From the NCBI GenBank assembly GCA_963823665.1, contig CAWGMQ010000004.1, positions 2,720,001-2,784,000 of the forward strand: 64,000 bases of DNA. The letters run 5' to 3'. The notes below the pieces were generated by a model that was not told the DNA's origin, did not search any database, and saw only the letters and a list, made by a program, of their open reading frames with translations. The stretch is from an uncultured Planctomycetota bacterium (lineage in GTDB: Bacteria > Planctomycetota > Planctomycetia > Isosphaerales > Isosphaeraceae). Within the stretch, counting starts at the first letter, position 1. Every line of letters begins with the position of its first letter. The position numbers and the translations under genes are program-made. Shown one piece after another: positions 62,224-64,000 of this stretch.

Positions 62224-63828
62224 ATGATGACGTCTTGGAGCTGGATTCTGGGGCTCTGCTTGCTGCTCCAGGTTCCTCCGCCCTCGCGTGCCGAAGGTGC
62301 GAAAGGCGGTCTTCTCGTCGAGCGGCGTTCGATCATCGCTCGCGAAACGGCAGAGCTGGCGTCGCTCGCCACCCTACTGGCGCGGCAGGGAAAGACGGAG
62401 GAGCTGAACCGCATCAGGGTCGAGATTCCGCGCCTGGACGTGCAAGACGGGCCGACGCGATTCATGCCGCTGCCAGAAGTGATCGAGCGGCGCAAGTCAC
62501 CGGCGCCCGCCTCGCCGCCGGCAGGCGCCCGCGACATCCGGAAACGGGCTGCGACAGGCCTGTTCGAGGTCGCTCAGAAGGCCGCACGCTCCGAGCGGGC
62601 ACAGTATGCCCTTGCGAGCATTTGCCTGCGCGCCGTGCTCGAGCGCGATCCCGATCACAAGGAAGCCCGCCGGCTGCTGGGATATGTTCCTCACGAGGGA
62701 GGCTGGGCGACACCGTTCGCGGTGAGCGAGCTCAAGAAGAACAATGTCAACCACCCGATCTTCGGATGGGTGCCGGCCGATTGGGTGCCGAATCTGGAGC
62801 GCGGCGAGCTGCCGGCGCCGTCGCGAAAAGGCCAGAGAGTGCTTCAATGGCTGCCGGTTGCGGAAGCAGATCGGCTCAGGGCCGGTTGGAACCCGCCGTG
62901 GAAGGTCACCACCGAGCATTTCGAGATTCAGTCGGACGTGCCGCTGGCCGAAGCCATCACGTTCGGCCGCCAGCTCGAGGCCTTTCACGAGCTGTTCACG
63001 TCGCTGCTCGCCGATATTCTGGGCGAGGAGATCCCCATCGTCCGCCTCTTCAAAAATCCGTCAATCGACGCCCTAAGCCTGCCGGGAGTCAGGCAGCATC
63101 AGGTTTATTACTACGCTTCCAAGGAGGAGTTTGTCGACAAGCTGGGAGCCAGGCTCGGTCCGGAGGCTGCGCTCAACCTGGGCTTCTACGATCCTCCCAA
63201 ATCCGGGCACGGCCGCGTCCCGGCGTATTTCTATCGAGACCCGAACGGGCAGATTCCGGAAACCGCCACGCTTTACCACGAAGTGTCGCACCAGTTGCTA
63301 TTCGAGACGGCCGGCCCCAATTCGTACACGAAGAACTTTGGTAATTTCTGGGTATTCGAGGGCCTGGGCACCTATTTTGAGACCGTCACACCGCAGGCGG
63401 ATGGGTCGCTCGAAGTTGGGGGGCTGGTCGGCCCCCGGATTGCCGAGGCGTATCAGTCTCTGGTGGTCCGGCGCGGCTCGATACCACTTGAGGAATTCGT
63501 GGCCTTCGACGAGACAAAGTTCCGTGACAAGCTGCAGATCTATCAGAACTACCAGCAAGCGATGGCCTTGACTGTCTTCCTGATGCAGTGGAACCACGGA
63601 GTCTACCGGGAAGACTTTCTGGACTATGTGCGCGACGCTTATCACGGGCGGATCAAACGCGCGACCGGGCGATCGGCCCTTCGAAACCGGTTGCATCAGC
63701 CCTACACGACGCTCGAGCAGCAGTTTCTGACTTTTCTGCGTGACGGCTTTGCGGCTGGGAGTGGGGCGGAGACCTCCGAGCCGAAGCAGGCTGCCCCGGG
63801 CAGGATCCGAACCGTGCCGGATCGGTGA
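62224..63828 (+). CDS. DUF1570-like exported putative zinc metallopeptidase
   Basis: Signal peptide, DPDH.EARRLLGY, TEHFEI.S, HEVSHQL (HExxH) and WVFEGLGTYFE motifs. Confidence 0.85.
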   Translation: MMTSWSWILGLCLLLQVPPPSRAEGAKGGLLVERRSIIARETAELASLATLLARQGKTEELNRIRVEIPRLDVQDGPTRFMPLPEVIERRKSPAPASPPAGARDIRKRAATGLFEVAQKAARSERAQYALASICLRAVLERDPDHKEARRLLGYVPHEGGWATPFAVSELKKNNVNHPIFGWVPADWVPNLERGELPAPSRKGQRVLQWLPVAEADRLRAGWNPPWKVTTEHFEIQSDVPLAEAITFGRQLEAFHELFTSLLADILGEEIPIVRLFKNPSIDALSLPGVRQHQVYYYASKEEFVDKLGARLGPEAALNLGFYDPPKSGHGRVPAYFYRDPNGQIPETATLYHEVSHQLLFETAGPNSYTKNFGNFWVFEGLGTYFETVTPQADGSLEVGGLVGPRIAEAYQSLVVRRGSIPLEEFVAFDETKFRDKLQIYQNYQQAMALTVFLMQWNHGVYREDFLDYVRDAYHGRIKRATGRSALRNRLHQPYTTLEQQFLTFLRDGFAAGSGAETSEPKQAAPGRIRTVPDR

Positions 63829-63909
63829 TGAATATGCGATCGCTCGCCGCGTGCGATAAGAGTTTCATCAGCGAGCGATCATGGCCTGGAGAAGGCGACG
63901 GGAAGGTTG

Positions 63910-64000
63910 TTACTCGCCGACGTACGGGAGCAGCGCCATGAAGCGAGCGCGCTTAATGGCGGCGCTGGCGGCACGCTGAAATGTGGCGCAGCTTCCGCTG
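63910..64000 (-). CDS. rpsR: 30S ribosomal protein S18, C-terminal part (5' end outside the window)
   Basis: Minus strand reads SGSCATFQRAASAAIKRARFMALLPYVGE-stop; not listed in the ORF track. Confidence 0.9.
   Translation of the reverse strand, partial: SGSCATFQRAASAAIKRARFMALLPYVGE

Overview
High-GC bacterial chromosome segment. Gene content points to a Planctomycetota genome, probably Isosphaeraceae-like (inference): DUF1559 prepilin protein, 'LExR.LL' secretion-signal proteins, giant membrane-anchored ECF sigma factors, DUF4058 and DUF1570. I count about 40 CDS. Housekeeping genes include tex, hisS-hisZ-hisG, hisF, an RRM protein, pilT plus a PilB/GspE-type ATPase, and the 3' end of rpsR. 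About 17 single-base frameshifts, some in core genes, look like long-read indel errors, so split ORFs were merged by hand. Top candidate for an undescribed system: a four-gene minus-strand operon at 9522-13898. It encodes a choline/ethanolamine kinase, a plant/Plasmodium-type phosphoethanolamine N-methyltransferase, an ACT-family (Hnm1-like) permease and a bacterial Pcs-type CDP-alcohol phosphotransferase. Together these suggest a hybrid eukaryote-like phospho-base route to phosphatidylcholine with one unexplained missing step. Other highlights: a 1533-aa protein with a voltage-sensor (S1-S4) domain but no channel pore; a ~320-aa disordered insertion inside Tex; an ECF sigma-thioredoxin fusion; a ~3250-aa three-module beta-helix/Calx-beta surface protein; an 'RNEP'-repeat protein; and several REP-like intergenic repeat families. 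I saw no rRNA, tRNA, CRISPR array or transposase. All family assignments come from motif recognition by eye; no database search was run.
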